This document shows, piece by piece, positions 1 to 7,727 of a DNA stretch of 25,287 nucleotides. The stretch comes from a virus (lineage: Duplodnaviria; Caudoviricetes). The notes beneath the pieces were generated by a model. The model was given only the letters and a program-made list of their open reading frames with translations, was not told where the DNA came from and ran no database searches. Location: IMG/VR virus record IMGVR_UViG_3300033067_000245, positions 1-25,287 of that record. One strand, given 5' to 3'. Numbering within the stretch: the first letter of the stretch is position 1; every line of letters begins with the position of its first letter. Position numbers and translations under genes: made by a program.

Positions 1-91
1 TTCGCCCATCAATAGCGGCCTGTAAATACTCATTTCTAAATATAGGAAGATATTCTTCCTGTTCTTTTGTTAGTTTTGTAATTTTATTCAC
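1..91 (-). CDS. Hypothetical protein, 5' part only (MNKITKLTKEQEEYLPIFRNEYLQAAIDGR...), runs off the window
   Basis: Not in ORF track. GTG at 91-89 preceded by GGAGGT RBS and overlapping the upstream TGA (GTGA). N-terminus resembles the 'KIxKLTxEQE' start recalled for DUF6745-type proteins (unverified). Confidence 0.65.
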   Translation of the reverse strand, partial: MNKITKLTKEQEEYLPIFRNEYLQAAIDGR

Positions 92-240
92 AACTTACCT
101 CCCATGTTATCTAGTTCATTCCCCAAGCTATCTGTTATATTAAACCAGTCTTCTGCTACCTTAAAGGCTTTCTGTACGGGGTGGGATATACGTCGGGCGT
201 TGCCTTGTAGTTTGTGTACTTCTTTAATGAAAGTATTCAT
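88..240 (-). CDS. Small hypothetical protein, 50 aa (MNTFIKEVHKLQGNARR...GGKL)
   Basis: Not in ORF track. ATG at 240 with AGAGGA upstream, TGA coupled to the next GTG, fills the gap in the operon. Confidence 0.6.
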   Translation of the reverse strand: MNTFIKEVHKLQGNARRISHPVQKAFKVAEDWFNITDSLGNELDNMGGKL

Positions 241-460
241 TTGTATCCTCTTTAGTGTGTACAATCAAGATATATTCAAAACCAAATAACCACTTCTGTA
301 GTAGCCTTTTAAACAGATGCGGTACCTTTTTCACTTTAACGAGACACCCAGGAGAAATCTGGACGAACATGGTCTTACCGTCAGGGATACCAAAAATGAA
401 ACTATCATCAAGTGGTTTCCAGTAATCTTTAATGTTCGTTCTGTCAATCAAATTATCCAT
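224..460 (-). CDS. Hypothetical protein, 78 aa
   Basis: ORF track, co-oriented in the packed leftward operon. Confidence 0.65.
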   Translation of the reverse strand: MDNLIDRTNIKDYWKPLDDSFIFGIPDGKTMFVQISPGCLVKVKKVPHLFKRLLQKWLFGFEYILIVHTKEDTNEYFH

Positions 461-525
461 AGAAATCTCTTTCTCTTATCCGTTCGAAATTAGGTAACAA
501 CTCTTCATTCGTTACAGGTCTCATT

Positions 526-1062
526 TTAAAAGTGGTTAAAGGCAAGGGATACATCGACAACTCTTTGTGGTCTTTTATCAGAGAAGGAGATACGGTCGAT
601 ACCCCCTCCGCACACGGGGTTCTCAATGATTGTTCTTCGTACAACTTCCTCTCCATCGACATATCCACGGTATTCTTTTAAAACTTGGCTGAACGCTAGG
701 GCTGACTCTCTTCCCGTTCCAATCCCCCAATAAAACTCCTCGATAATATCGGGGAAGGCGGAATAAGAGTAAACCTTAATGAGATGAGACTTCTTCTCAA
801 TAACCATGACCTCTCCACCCGTTGAATCGGGAGACGTACTGGTATCTTTCGACTTATCGTTAGACCCTGAAGAGGGGTAGTTATCAGGATTTCTATCCCC
901 GTTTAACCACGAAACGATGGCGTTGGCGTGTTCGTCGCCAGCAACACCGAACAGGGAACCATCTTTTAGTTTCCCTATCTTAGTCGTGTTGTATTTGAAA
1001 GACGACGACGACGCAAGTCTATCGGCGTATAAGTTCTTTCCGTCCCAGAAAACTATTGTCAT
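526..1062 (-). CDS. HslV/proteasome beta-subunit-like Ntn-hydrolase (putative threonine protease)
   Basis: M-T-IVFWDG..LYAD N-terminus (Thr1 after Met removal), TTKI lysine, GVAGD, GIGTG..ALA and terminal CGGGI motifs match the HslV/beta-subunit pattern. Confidence 0.75.
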   Translation of the reverse strand: MTIVFWDGKNLYADRLASSSSFKYNTTKIGKLKDGSLFGVAGDEHANAIVSWLNGDRNPDNYPSSGSNDKSKDTSTSPDSTGGEVMVIEKKSHLIKVYSYSAFPDIIEEFYWGIGTGRESALAFSQVLKEYRGYVDGEEVVRRTIIENPVCGGGIDRISFSDKRPQRVVDVSLAFNHF

Positions 1063-1130
1063 TGTCGTTTAATCTTAACCTCTCCGTACAAAAAAGAATT
1101 ACTTAATTTTAAAAAGGTTGCACAAAAAAT

Positions 1131-1628
1131 TCAGACAAACCAAAGGGATAAGCGCATAAGATAACGTCGTAGTGACGAAGAAAGCCCCGCAAAGAAAGAG
1201 GATGTACGGGACGGCGTTTGCTTTGCTCGGGATAATTCCGTCGAAGCGGTTTTTAGACATGTCGCATTCTCCTCTTGTGTGCAGTGTTTCTGTTTGTAGT
1301 CATCCCGCAAGGCTTGTACCTTCGGGTAACGATTTCTATTAAGTCTTTCTTTCTGTTGTAGTTCTTTCTTCTCCGTAAGAAAACGTGTGTTCCATTTAAT
1401 GGCATCCTCGTTTTTCTGTGGGTAAGAAAAGAAAACAATCGGAGACACTACCCCGTTGTTCGGTAGATGGAAGGTCCCTAAGTATTTAACCTTCTTACCG
1501 TACTTCTTCGAGTACATCCATTGACCTGACTTAAACTTCTCTCGGTCGGCCTTGAGGTCCTCGATGAGTGTTCGTGTAATGGTCGGAGGTGGTTTGAATC
1601 TTCCCGATGATGACGACGACGACGACAT
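1131..1628 (-). CDS. Hypothetical basic protein, 165 aa, N-terminal poly-Ser
   Basis: ORF track, starts 5 nt after the upstream stop. Confidence 0.65.
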   Translation of the reverse strand: MSSSSSSSGRFKPPPTITRTLIEDLKADREKFKSGQWMYSKKYGKKVKYLGTFHLPNNGVVSPIVFFSYPQKNEDAIKWNTRFLTEKKELQQKERLNRNRYPKVQALRDDYKQKHCTQEENATCLKTASTELSRAKQTPSRTSSFFAGLSSSLRRYLMRLSLWFV

Positions 1629-1633
1629 ACCTT

Positions 1634-2257
1634 TTACCCTCCGACCTTTTCTTTCGTTTCGTTACCCATTAAGCGACGACGAAGAGTGATGTTAGCCCCG
1701 TCCGAGTAACAGTCCTTACTGACCTTGATACGGGTTCGGTCGAAGGGGATGTCATCGTAGAACTGAATAACTAACTGCTTGATAAATTTAGGATTTTCGC
1801 CCAAGGAATGGTGGTTCAAAGCCTCTTCGACGTAATCAATCAGGGAAGCGTAGACCGTCTTCCCGTCGGAACGGTATCCGTGTTGACTCTTACCTTGTAC
1901 GAAGTTGTCATTGATAGCCGTTACGCGGTCGTCTCGGAGGTAAGAGAAGGTTCTTTCTAGTTTTGAGCTGTAGTCTTTCGTGAAGATATCGAACGCCATT
2001 TTTTCCATCAACTCTTTAGTGTTGTACTTAACGAATGGATTCTTCGTGTGTATGACGTCCAATCTTCGGACAACCTGTTTATAGTATTTATTTACTATAG
2101 CTTCGGTGAATATCTCTCTGACCTTATCCGCCTTACGTCCTTCGAATGGTTCAATTCGTCCTTCCTGGCGTCCAATATAGTTGAAACTTCCACCGTTGTC
2201 AAATAGGGCGGTAGTATCGACGGTAGTTCCTAAAGCAGCTCGAAAAGAGTACGTCAT
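1634..2257 (-). CDS. Hypothetical protein, 207 aa
   Basis: Long ORF, tight operon spacing. Confidence 0.8.
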   Translation of the reverse strand: MTYSFRAALGTTVDTTALFDNGGSFNYIGRQEGRIEPFEGRKADKVREIFTEAIVNKYYKQVVRRLDVIHTKNPFVKYNTKELMEKMAFDIFTKDYSSKLERTFSYLRDDRVTAINDNFVQGKSQHGYRSDGKTVYASLIDYVEEALNHHSLGENPKFIKQLVIQFYDDIPFDRTRIKVSKDCYSDGANITLRRRLMGNETKEKVGG

Positions 2258-2261
2258 GAGA

Positions 2262-2486
2262 TTAGTGTCCCTTAAAAGATTGAGAGTCTTGTTCCGAAAT
2301 CACACTTATTTCTCCCAAAATCTCAGTTAATTTTGCTAAAATACGAACCATATTGCAATCAACGATATTTTCTGGGATAGACGCTAATAAAGATACGGTA
2401 TCTTTTATCATGACGCCAACAACCTCTTCAATAGACAGCACGGTGTTTTGTCTGTTGATAAAATATGTATTGTAATTATTATTCAT
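2262..2486 (-). CDS. Hypothetical protein, 74 aa
   Basis: ORF track, overlaps the upstream stop. Confidence 0.65.
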   Translation of the reverse strand: MNNNYNTYFINRQNTVLSIEEVVGVMIKDTVSLLASIPENIVDCNMVRILAKLTEILGEISVISEQDSQSFKGH

Positions 2487-2805
2487 CGTCGTGGTCCATC
2501 ATCGGGTCGTTGAAGAACTCTTCGCTGGTGGCGATACGGTCTAACGTAGCGATAGACGTAACTAAACCTTCCGTCTCGATTGTCTTGGGCGTTGCTAAGG
2601 CGACTTCCTCTGCGATAAGATTATTCACCAGGTTATTGACAATCTGGAGGTAATAATTAACTGCTCCCCACTCTCGGGCGTAGACCCCATCTTTGTCGGT
2701 CGTAGCGATTTTGTCCATTAGATTCAAGACACTGATTGTCAGTTTCTCGTTTAGTTCTTCCAAGTTATGGACTTGTAAGTTTTCTTTTTCCACTAAGTTT
2801 AACAT
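2479..2805 (-). CDS. Hypothetical acidic protein, 108 aa
   Basis: ORF track, AAGGAAGAGAG purine-rich RBS. Confidence 0.75.
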   Translation of the reverse strand: MLNLVEKENLQVHNLEELNEKLTISVLNLMDKIATTDKDGVYAREWGAVNYYLQIVNNLVNNLIAEEVALATPKTIETEGLVTSIATLDRIATSEEFFNDPMMDHDDE

Positions 2806-2848
2806 TTGTATTTATCTCTCTTCCTTTTTTGTTGTTGGATGGGCTCTC

Positions 2849-3034
2849 TTACTTATCTTCTAACTCACCTTCTAATTCCTCGACTCTACCTCGTAAGTCA
2901 TTACACTCTTGAATCAAGAATGTCGTCAATTCTAAAAGCTGTTCGACATCCTTATTGAAGGGGTTCCGTAAGGATATGGTCAGTAATTCATTTTGTAAAT
3001 CTGACCCGCCATTGAATCGTTGTAGTAAGTTCAT
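2849..3034 (-). CDS. Small coiled-coil hypothetical protein, 61 aa
   Basis: ORF track, AAGGGA RBS, heptad-like C-terminus. Confidence 0.7.
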   Translation of the reverse strand: MNLLQRFNGGSDLQNELLTISLRNPFNKDVEQLLELTTFLIQECNDLRGRVEELEGELEDK

Positions 3035-3058
3035 AGTATTTCATCCCTTTCTTCTTTG

Positions 3059-3430
3059 TTAACGTCCATTGATTGTTGAGATTAGCTTGTTCATTGCTAC
3101 ACGGTCCTCTTTAGTGTACGAAGTCGGGGGCGGTAGTAACTTCTTCGGTGGGAACACTAAGGCCGTTTTATCGATTTTAGCCGTGTTAGTGTTTGATGGT
3201 GGTGTTGCTGACGGTGATGATAGTTCTTCTTCATCCGCACCACCTGATGACGATACCGCGGCGACGACACTCGGGTGGTCTGGACGTAACTGTGATGCGA
3301 AGGCCATCAGGTGTTCGGCTGTGTGGCTTTTAACGCTATCCCATATAACAGGTGCAGCGATAGGAGCCGTGAAGTAGTTAATAACGAGTGACGCACAGGC
3401 CACAGCGTAAAAGGTTGCTTTCGTGTTCAT
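3059..3430 (-). CDS. Hypothetical protein with N-terminal hydrophobic (signal/TM) segment, 123 aa
   Basis: AAGGAGG RBS, TAATG coupling, hydrophobic ATFYAVACASLVINYF then a Ser/Pro-rich linker. Confidence 0.75.
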   Translation of the reverse strand: MNTKATFYAVACASLVINYFTAPIAAPVIWDSVKSHTAEHLMAFASQLRPDHPSVVAAVSSSGGADEEELSSPSATPPSNTNTAKIDKTALVFPPKKLLPPPTSYTKEDRVAMNKLISTINGR

Positions 3431-3582
3431 TATTGCACCTCCTTTGCTTTGTTAAACGCTTCTGCTGTAAATTCTGCATCACCACGCAACATACCAATGG
3501 CAATATAATCACCGTCTGGATGTTTAACACCCCAGTGGTTGTGTTTGTCGATATACTCGGCAATATATTTTTCTGTGTTCAT
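3430..3582 (-). CDS. Small hypothetical protein, 50 aa (MNTEKYIAEYIDKHNHWGVKHPDGDYIAIG...KEVQ)
   Basis: Not in ORF track. AAAGGGGA RBS and TAATG overlap with the next gene. Confidence 0.75.
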   Translation of the reverse strand: MNTEKYIAEYIDKHNHWGVKHPDGDYIAIGMLRGDAEFTAEAFNKAKEVQ

Positions 3583-3603
3583 TGTAAACGTTCCCCTTTC
3601 AAT

Positions 3604-3771
3604 TTAATTGTTTTTTTGGTTAGTGAACCTGATTCGCGTGGAGTTGTCAACAGGAAAATCACTATTATTGATAATACTGTTTACGAAATAACTACACGTC
3701 TCCTCTTGCTCATCTTCGAGTAGTTCACCTTGTACGAACAAGATGACGTTCTCCGCTAAAAGTTTAGACAT
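3604..3771 (-). CDS. Possible small protein, 55 aa (MSKLLAENVILFVQGELLEDEQ...)
   Basis: Not in ORF track. ATG overlaps the end of the upstream gene and the ORF fills the gap. Confidence 0.45.
   Translation of the reverse strand: MSKLLAENVILFVQGELLEDEQEETCSYFVNSIINNSDFPVDNSTRIRFTNQKNN
3622..3650 (-). promoter_or_regulatory. Putative sigma70 promoter with a GANTC (CGAATCA) site in the spacer
   Basis: TTGACA (3650-3645), 17 nt, TTCACT (3627-3622). TGATTCG at 3630-3636. Confidence 0.45.
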
Positions 3772-3946
3772 GATGCTTTAAAAACTCCACGGCTTCCCGA
3801 TGAAAGCGAAGCAACTTCTCGTTCGCTTCCCTGTCATTCGTCTCCCTTGACCATTGAGGGGACTCGGCTGCTTCGAAGTAAACCTTACGAAGCGTGTGGT
3901 GCTTTAAACACTTCTCATGAAACTCTAATAAATCCTTGTGGGTCAT
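3764..3946 (-). CDS. Hypothetical protein, 60 aa
   Basis: Starts 1 nt after the upstream TGA, GGAGG upstream. Confidence 0.7.
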   Translation of the reverse strand: MTHKDLLEFHEKCLKHHTLRKVYFEAAESPQWSRETNDREANEKLLRFHREAVEFLKHHV

Positions 3947-3947
3947 C

Positions 3948-4661
3948 TCATGCTTTGCGCGCCTCCATTTCAGGGTTAATATCCATATCGTCTTTAAGTT
4001 TATCGATGAAACTCCCTACGATGTCGTAGACGTCACAAGTATCTCGAACACGTTCAATCCAATCTTCTGTTAAATCCGTCTCTCCCTTGACATCTTCAAG
4101 GCCCCATCGGCCCATCAGGGTTTCAAAGAAGGTGCAAAAGATATTGTGGTCGACTTTGCTTTCCGCATCCCCTCTCAACCATAGGTTAAGTTGACCTTCC
4201 CAGTAACGGGAGTCATTCGAGTAGAATGAGATGAAACCGTCGCAGGAAGTGAAGCTATCTTCGATTATTTTTACCCAGGATTTCTTATAGTTTTCAAGTA
4301 CATAATTAATTAATTTAACCATGTCTTGTTTAGGGATATCCGCGAAGATTCGGTCGGTCGTGAAGTTGTACTCGCGGGGTGATGATAGTTCCTTAAACTC
4401 CAGGTTTATGTCTAATTCGTGGTATTCTTTAAGATAGTCCTTTACGAATTCCACCCACTCTTTGCTTGCCTTCTGGTGGATAAGACTCCACCCGTTAAAT
4501 GACATATAGAATTTGTCTTTAATGTCATTCGCCTTATCTTTGGGTAGGGATTCTAAGTCATATTCAAAGATGGATTCAACTTCACTGTCGAAAACCATAT
4601 CGCACGTTGATTCATAAAACCCTTCGAACGGTAGGCGTGTTTCAATTTTTTCTTGAGTCAT
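3948..4661 (-). CDS. Conserved phage early hypothetical protein, 237 aa
   Basis: Motifs PFxGFYES, SPREYNFxTDRIF and FTSxDGFxSFYSN, recalled from phage early-region proteins. GGAG RBS. Confidence 0.85.
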   Translation of the reverse strand: MTQEKIETRLPFEGFYESTCDMVFDSEVESIFEYDLESLPKDKANDIKDKFYMSFNGWSLIHQKASKEWVEFVKDYLKEYHELDINLEFKELSSPREYNFTTDRIFADIPKQDMVKLINYVLENYKKSWVKIIEDSFTSCDGFISFYSNDSRYWEGQLNLWLRGDAESKVDHNIFCTFFETLMGRWGLEDVKGETDLTEDWIERVRDTCDVYDIVGSFIDKLKDDMDINPEMEARKA

Positions 4662-4662
4662 G

Positions 4663-4863
4663 TTACTTCTCCCCTTTGTAAATAGTTTTATGTCCGATGT
4701 CGCTTAACTCACAAACAAAACAATCCGAATAAAACTCGGGGTCTTGTTTGACTTCTGCTAAGGCTTCTGCTTCTGTCTTGTATTGTATCGGTTGTCCCGT
4801 TCCGTCTTGTACAGGCGTGTAACCGCTGCATATCGTATCGAAACAAATAACGTATGCGGTCAT
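4663..4863 (-). CDS. Hypothetical protein, 66 aa (MTAYVICFDTICSG...)
   Basis: Track ORF 4663-4923 re-started at the ATG overlapping the upstream TGA (ATGA, 4863-4860). Confidence 0.7.
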   Translation of the reverse strand: MTAYVICFDTICSGYTPVQDGTGQPIQYKTEAEALAEVKQDPEFYSDCFVCELSDIGHKTIYKGEK

Positions 4864-5114
4864 TTTGCGCATCCTGTGGCTTTGGCTATTGCAGCGCGGG
4901 CATATATCAACCGACTCCGCCACTCGTTAGAATCTTTGCTTAACCCTTCTATTTCCGCCAAGTCTGTTAATAATTCTAGTTCAAGTAACAAGTCAGGCGC
5001 GGCGGCGATAAGATTCGCCGTAACGCTGGAATAGGTTTTAGCAACAAAATTATTTAAATCGTCAATAACAATATAATGGTTTTCGATAGGCTGGACTGTG
5101 TATGTGCGGGTCAT
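4860..5114 (-). CDS. Phage hypothetical protein with the ANxxLIAAAPDLL motif, 84 aa
   Basis: TANLIAAAPDLLLEL...ARAAIAKATG is a widespread phage motif. AAAGGGAA RBS. Confidence 0.85.
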   Translation of the reverse strand: MTRTYTVQPIENHYIVIDDLNNFVAKTYSSVTANLIAAAPDLLLELELLTDLAEIEGLSKDSNEWRSRLIYARAAIAKATGCAK

Positions 5115-5116
5115 GG

Positions 5117-5278
5117 TTAGTTCCCTTTCAATTCGTGTTCGTTTTGTTCTGAAAAAACCTTAGTTACTTTATTGAATTTAATAGTTACCGTGGGTTTTTC
5201 CGTACATTTAATAACAACGCCGAGCCCGTACTTCTCATGGGTTACGGTATCATTTAAACCTAATTCGTAAAGGTGCAT
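5117..5278 (-). CDS. Small SH3/Tudor-like protein, 53 aa (MHLYELGLNDTVTHEKYGLGVVIKCTEKPTVTIKFNKVTKVFSEQNEHELKGN)
   Basis: Not in ORF track. TAATG coupling to the upstream gene, DxVxHxKYGxGxV...IxF pattern. Confidence 0.7.
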   Translation of the reverse strand: MHLYELGLNDTVTHEKYGLGVVIKCTEKPTVTIKFNKVTKVFSEQNEHELKGN

Positions 5279-5571
5279 TATTGCCCCCGCTCTTGCCAGT
5301 TAAACGAAAATTCCCGCACATGTTTTTCTGTGCGGTCTGGATTGCAGCTTGTCAGGCGTGTTATATTATAGCCCGCGCAGGTGTAACTCTTTTCTGCTGT
5401 TTCGCTGCAGCCCAAACGTCTAAAAAACCGCTGCGTGTCCTCTGATACTGTGTTGCGGTATTGCTCATCGGTTAGCTGTCCCGTTTCGGTTTTAATAGGC
5501 TTGGTTTGCCAGCTCTTACCGCTAGCTGTGCGCTCATAGTATTTCTTGGTCATTGTGATTATATAAGGCAT
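5278..5571 (-). CDS. Hypothetical protein, 97 aa
   Basis: ORF track, GGAG RBS. Confidence 0.8.
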   Translation of the reverse strand: MPYIITMTKKYYERTASGKSWQTKPIKTETGQLTDEQYRNTVSEDTQRFFRRLGCSETAEKSYTCAGYNITRLTSCNPDRTEKHVREFSFNWQERGQ

Positions 5572-5572
5572 T

Positions 5573-5686
5573 TCAATCTCCAGTTAAGTGACCGTTTTTA
5601 TAAAGCTGTTTTACCTTTGTTTGTGCATCTTGTTCTGATTCACAAACCGCTAAAACCTCAAATTAACCTAAAACAAAATAAGTCAT
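5573..5686 (-). pseudogene. Probable interrupted small gene MTYFVLG*FEVLAVCESEQDAQTKVKQLYKNGHLTGD
   Basis: ATG 2 nt after the upstream stop, one in-frame TAA at 5665-5663, frame continues to TGA 1 nt before the next ATG. Confidence 0.5.
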
Positions 5687-5688
5687 AA

Positions 5689-6078
5689 TTACACCGCCTG
5701 AAAAACGTTAATGTTTAGGCTTCTAAAGACGTCTTGCCAGTCTTTTCCCCCGATATTAGAAAAACCATCGTTTAATAGTTCTCTAAATTGGTTTAGGTCA
5801 TTTTTTCTTATCTCGTCCATGTATTCCCCATCAGTCGGGGTAATGGCGCTTGCTGCACTTGCAACGCTTGCGCTTTTCTTGTCGTAGCCATAGCCCCCTG
5901 CATATCCCCGCGCCATCTCTAGGCCAATAATATGAAGGTAACAATATAAACGCCCTACCCCGTCTTTCGGGAATTTAAAGGCAAGCGTTCCGATTCGTTC
6001 CCCGCCTTTCATAAGGACATAGGCGGCTACTTGGTTGAAAGTCGCATCGTGTTGTTCGTATATTTTAGGTTTAGACAT
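5689..6078 (-). CDS. Conserved phage early hypothetical protein, 129 aa
   Basis: AGGYGYDKxSAxxAxA motif, AAAAGGGGAA RBS. Confidence 0.85.
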   Translation of the reverse strand: MSKPKIYEQHDATFNQVAAYVLMKGGERIGTLAFKFPKDGVGRLYCYLHIIGLEMARGYAGGYGYDKKSASVASAASAITPTDGEYMDEIRKNDLNQFRELLNDGFSNIGGKDWQDVFRSLNINVFQAV

Positions 6079-6116
6079 GATAGTTCCCCTTTTAGTGTTA
6101 TAGGTGCTATAAGTGT

Positions 6117-6827
6117 TTAGTTATAGCTCGGATACTCGGGCACGAAGGACTCTAACGTCTCTCTTTCAATCCCCGACTCCTTCGCTACATAGTCAAGATA
6201 AGCATCCCGATTCCATTCGTATTCATTTTCAAGGTTAGGTACTTCGTGATAATTAAACTCTTTACCGTCAATCTCAAAACGTGCGGAGACAGGCGCATCC
6301 CATAGAAGGCGGTCGAAGGTCTCTTTAAGTTTTGATTCCTCTGGGGCTATTCCCCAAGCATCCTCTAAGTCTTTCGGACAATACCATATTTCAGCATAAT
6401 CCCCTTGACTGTAACCGCAGCTAATAACCTTAACAAGGTCTTTACTTGGTTTAATTGTTAGGCCATATTCTGCTTTAAGACATTCGGACTCGCTCTCGAA
6501 GTTAGCTAGTGTTAATGAATACCCGTTGTTAAGCACCCATTCCTTTTTATCTTCCGGACTCCATTCGCTTATATCCCCGCCATAGTAGGCCGCTAAGTAT
6601 CGGTTTAAAGACTCTTCGCTTCCTTCTAATGTAAAGGTAATTCCAGAGTCGTCTTTAACATTTCCATAGTCAATATAATAAAGGGTTAGATTATCGAAAC
6701 GGCCCCCATCCTTTACAATCTTAAAGTTTTCCTTAAAGTTAACTTGACTTTGCCAGGTATCATAGAAGCAAAAGGACTCTATGTCTGGTTGTCCTTCGGC
6801 TGCTCTTACGAAGTTATTTTTTCGCAT
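6117..6827 (-). CDS. Conserved acidic phage early hypothetical protein, 236 aa
   Basis: GYSQGDYAE motif, GAGGAG RBS. Confidence 0.85.
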   Translation of the reverse strand: MRKNNFVRAAEGQPDIESFCFYDTWQSQVNFKENFKIVKDGGRFDNLTLYYIDYGNVKDDSGITFTLEGSEESLNRYLAAYYGGDISEWSPEDKKEWVLNNGYSLTLANFESESECLKAEYGLTIKPSKDLVKVISCGYSQGDYAEIWYCPKDLEDAWGIAPEESKLKETFDRLLWDAPVSARFEIDGKEFNYHEVPNLENEYEWNRDAYLDYVAKESGIERETLESFVPEYPSYN

Positions 6828-7026
6828 TGGTTGACTCCTCTTTATTGGTTAACATTTTACAGTATTCGTCCGATAGGGATTCGTAGGCATCCATGTATAG
6901 GCGGCGCATAACGCTATCCCCTTTTGCCCTTGCTTCACAATATAGACGCGCTGCATCCTTCATTAAGGAGTCAAGCATAGGAATTGTTAGCAAGCTAGGA
7001 TTAATCTTGAAGGTTATTTTTTGCAT
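6814..7026 (-). CDS. Hypothetical protein, 70 aa
   Basis: AAGGAG RBS, tight spacing. Confidence 0.75.
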   Translation of the reverse strand: MQKITFKINPSLLTIPMLDSLMKDAARLYCEARAKGDSVMRRLYMDAYESLSDEYCKMLTNKEESTNAKK

Positions 7027-7028
7027 CC

Positions 7029-7214
7029 CTAGACTCCTTCTTTGTTTAATTGTCTCGCCGAGTCTTTAAACCCATTTAGATATAAATAGTTAATGGCTGA
7101 GTCTTTGTCCGAAAAGGTTAAAAATGTTTTCGTACCCTCTAAAGACACGTTAACGCTGTTTTTTTGTATCCCTTCCCATATGTGGACGTTTTCTTTATAG
7201 TTAATTAAAGACAT
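7029..7214 (-). CDS. First gene of the leftward early operon, hypothetical, 61 aa
   Basis: GAAGGGGA RBS preceded by an A/C-rich unstructured stretch. Confidence 0.75.
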   Translation of the reverse strand: MSLINYKENVHIWEGIQKNSVNVSLEGTKTFLTFSDKDSAINYLYLNGFKDSARQLNKEGV

Positions 7215-7247
7215 TGTTAGATTCCCCTTCTGTTTGTTTGTTTTCGC

Positions 7248-7544
7248 TTTATTAAACCCTTAAAAAGTTAATAAGGGCTTAATAAAAGGAAAAGCCTTTT
7301 TTGGAATATAGACACGGAGTCGAACAAGTCGCAGCGATTCATAAGGAATCCTATAGACTTTCACCCTTAACCTACGCACGTTCAACCATTATCAAAAGGG
7401 AGTCCCACCCTTAAGGTCTTAGGTATAATTTGCATTTTACGTTGCACAGCCGATTAAGTTTTATGCACTCAAGGTTAATCGGACCCTTTGCAGGGCTATT
7501 CAATGGCTAGCCCCCGCCGCTTTAAGTATGAAAGGTTAGAAGGT
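7248..7544 (-). ncRNA. Candidate structured leader RNA of the early operon
   Basis: Stems 7248-7262/7272-7286, 7326-7330/7356-7360 (inner 7336-7340/7346-7350), 7396-7400/7408-7412, 7450-7457/7475-7482, 7493-7498/7508-7513, CCCT-GCAA-AGGG (7495-7484) and long-range 7363-7373/7533-7544. G.U pairs and the GNRA loop fit the - strand. Confidence 0.5.
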
Positions 7545-7642
7545 TTTTTTGATTGCCTTATATTTGCCTTTCAACTGAGTCCAGTATGTCTCAAAGGCGA
7601 TTAAAAACAAGTAAAAAACGACTCTACTTGCAAGAATAATGA

Positions 7643-7655
7643 TAAGTGATTGATA
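7643..7655 (-). promoter_or_regulatory. IHF consensus site
   Basis: TATCAATCACTTA on the - strand matches WATCAANNNNTTR. Confidence 0.5.
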
Positions 7656-7727
7656 AATAAAAGAAAAATAATATAGATAATCGCCCCTGATTAATCATAA
7701 TAAGACGTTGAAGCACTATCATAAAGG

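Noticed and set aside
453-668. 71-aa track ORF overlapping the protease gene
   Set aside because: Mostly overlaps 526-1062 in another frame. At most a 23-codon micro-ORF (453-524) is plausible and it is unsupported.
3378-3563. Track ORF of 61 aa on the - strand
   Set aside because: The alternative frame 3430-3582 has an ATG, a strong RBS and TAATG coupling.
7302-7380. tRNA or tmRNA gene on the - strand (GTTCGACTCC followed by ...TTCCA at tRNA-like spacing)
   Set aside because: The T-stem 5' arm does not pair with CCGTG, and I found no matching acceptor 5' strand or D/anticodon arms. Kept only as part of the leader structure.
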